Shown here one piece after another: positions 62,628-64,000 of a DNA stretch of 64,000 nt (position 1 is the stretch's first letter; every line of letters begins with the position of its first letter). A program made the translations under genes and the position numbers. The notes under the pieces are model-generated. The model had not been told where the DNA came from and did no database searches. It worked only from the letters and a program-made list of their open reading frames with translations. The DNA comes from Bugula neritina (taxonomy: Eukaryota; Animalia; Bryozoa). The stretch spans positions 2,884,741 through 2,948,740 of the forward strand of contig OZ037768.1 of the NCBI GenBank assembly GCA_964035545.1, in the 5' to 3' direction.

Positions 62628-64000
62628 ATGGATATTCAGTACCCTCCACTAAATGAGAATCAGATGCCTCAATGGTCCAGAATTGGACAGCTTGATAAAT
62701 CTCGTTACCCCAAACCATTTAGCAAAGATCAATTAACTCTGAGTGCAGCTGATCATGAAGACAGAGACTTTACTTCAAATAATAATGTGGATAAGTTAGA
62801 TGATCAACATCCAGCTTTGAGAGTAGAATATTTAGAAAGGACCATACAATTTCTGAAAGCGCAACACCAAGAAACATTGGACAGCCTTCATATAGAAATA
62901 GAAAAACTTCGAAAAGAGAACAAAGGTAAAATATTGCAACATTTAACTGTATTTTTATTAGCTGCAGTTTAAAGTCGAATACAAAGTCACTTATTAACAA
63001 TCCAGCGTTAATTAGTTTCTAAAGCATAATTCTTTTTTTTAGAGATTTGACTAACAATTAATATAGGTAGTTGGTACACTGTACGCAGCAATACATGTAG
63101 TATATTATTAAGCTATAAAAGTACATTGTTCTACACACATACACTAGACAAAGTATTTACCTATTCCAAAGTTGGAGTTTATATAAAACATGTCCTATAT
63201 GTTGCAGAATTGCACTTCAAGCTTGTCACAAAAATTAACGAGGATGATGATATATCAATTGAAGAGTCTGTCACTGAAGAAATAGAAGAAGCTTTCAAAA
63301 ATGATATTTTGCTTGATTCTTATTTAAAGCAAAAGGAGCAGGTAACAACAAGTAAGTGCCAATCACTAGAAATTTTGTTGTACATCAGTTGGTAAATGAT
63401 AACTGCGTACTAAAAAGGCTACAAATTTACACCAGTTGGTAAATAATAGGCAGAGTAGGTATTGCATACCAAACTTCATTTAGATTAATCTGGTAACTTG
63501 TAAAAATGCAATTTTAATATTTTGACAAAAAGATTATCCTTTGAGATGCAGGTTTTATATCATTGATCATACTTTGTAACTGCAGGAGTAAAAAGTGGAA
63601 GTGCTAAATCTAAAACTAAGATCTTAGAAAAACAAATATTGGAACTCAAGCATCAAGTTAGAGAATTAAAGAACAAAAATGAATATTTGACTCAACTAGT
63701 AGACAAAAACAGGCCACAGGATCAGTCTAGCAGGTAAATTTACGTGTAGCAACAGCAAGTAAACTTACATGTAGTAACAGGTCACTTTTTGGCCATTCAA
63801 TGCTTTCAGTCAGTAAACTCTTGCAATGTCTTGAAGCTAGCTGTATTGATTGTGAAAAAAATGTATAACTTATGCATTGTAATTTCTGGTATGACCAAAG
63901 AACCAAATTGTTCAACTACTTCAAGGGCTCTTCACAATATGTAAATATAGACATGGTGTCATTTACAACTTTCAGTGCAAAAGAAAAGCATCAAAATGAG
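62628..64000 (+). CDS. CCDC74: CCDC74-like coiled-coil protein (CCDC92/74 N-terminal domain), 5' part; exons 62628-62925, 63208-63351, 63586-63733, 63976->64000
   Basis: RVEYLERTIQFLKAQHQETLDSLHIEIEKLRKENKELHFKL matches the LQFLQQQH..LHEEIEHLKRENKDLHYKL motif of the family. Intron phases are consistent. Confidence 0.72.

Overview
AT-rich, intron-containing genomic DNA from an invertebrate animal. It is not prokaryotic, and the species cannot be determined from sequence alone. Gene models were hand-spliced using GT-AG boundaries and phase continuity. From left to right: INTS13/asunder (-, runs off the left edge), a p130Cas/BCAR1 orthologue (+), CFDP1/BCNT (-), a 5'-truncated frameshifted LINE (-) and SNAPC1 (+). 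An accessory cluster follows, in which two type-I membrane proteins (signal peptide-collagen-EGF-TM, both -) alternate with two secreted DsbA/thioredoxin-fold CxxS genes. The DsbA-like genes form a ~5 kb inverted duplication around the second collagen gene. The cluster also holds an ~85-90 bp satellite invaded by three 3-bp-TSD DNA transposons. After it come a very young Ty3/Gypsy element with identical LTRs and a CCDC74-like gene (+, runs off the right edge). The most notable candidate system is the collagen-EGF pair. The two proteins are highly diverged, yet both have a 152-residue collagen region with the interruption at the same place followed by exactly 33 Gly-X-Y triplets. One has a 12-tyrosine cytoplasmic tail and the other a stub tail, which suggests a heterotrimeric collagen-stalked receptor (inference). 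All gene identities rest on recalled family motifs; no database search was run.
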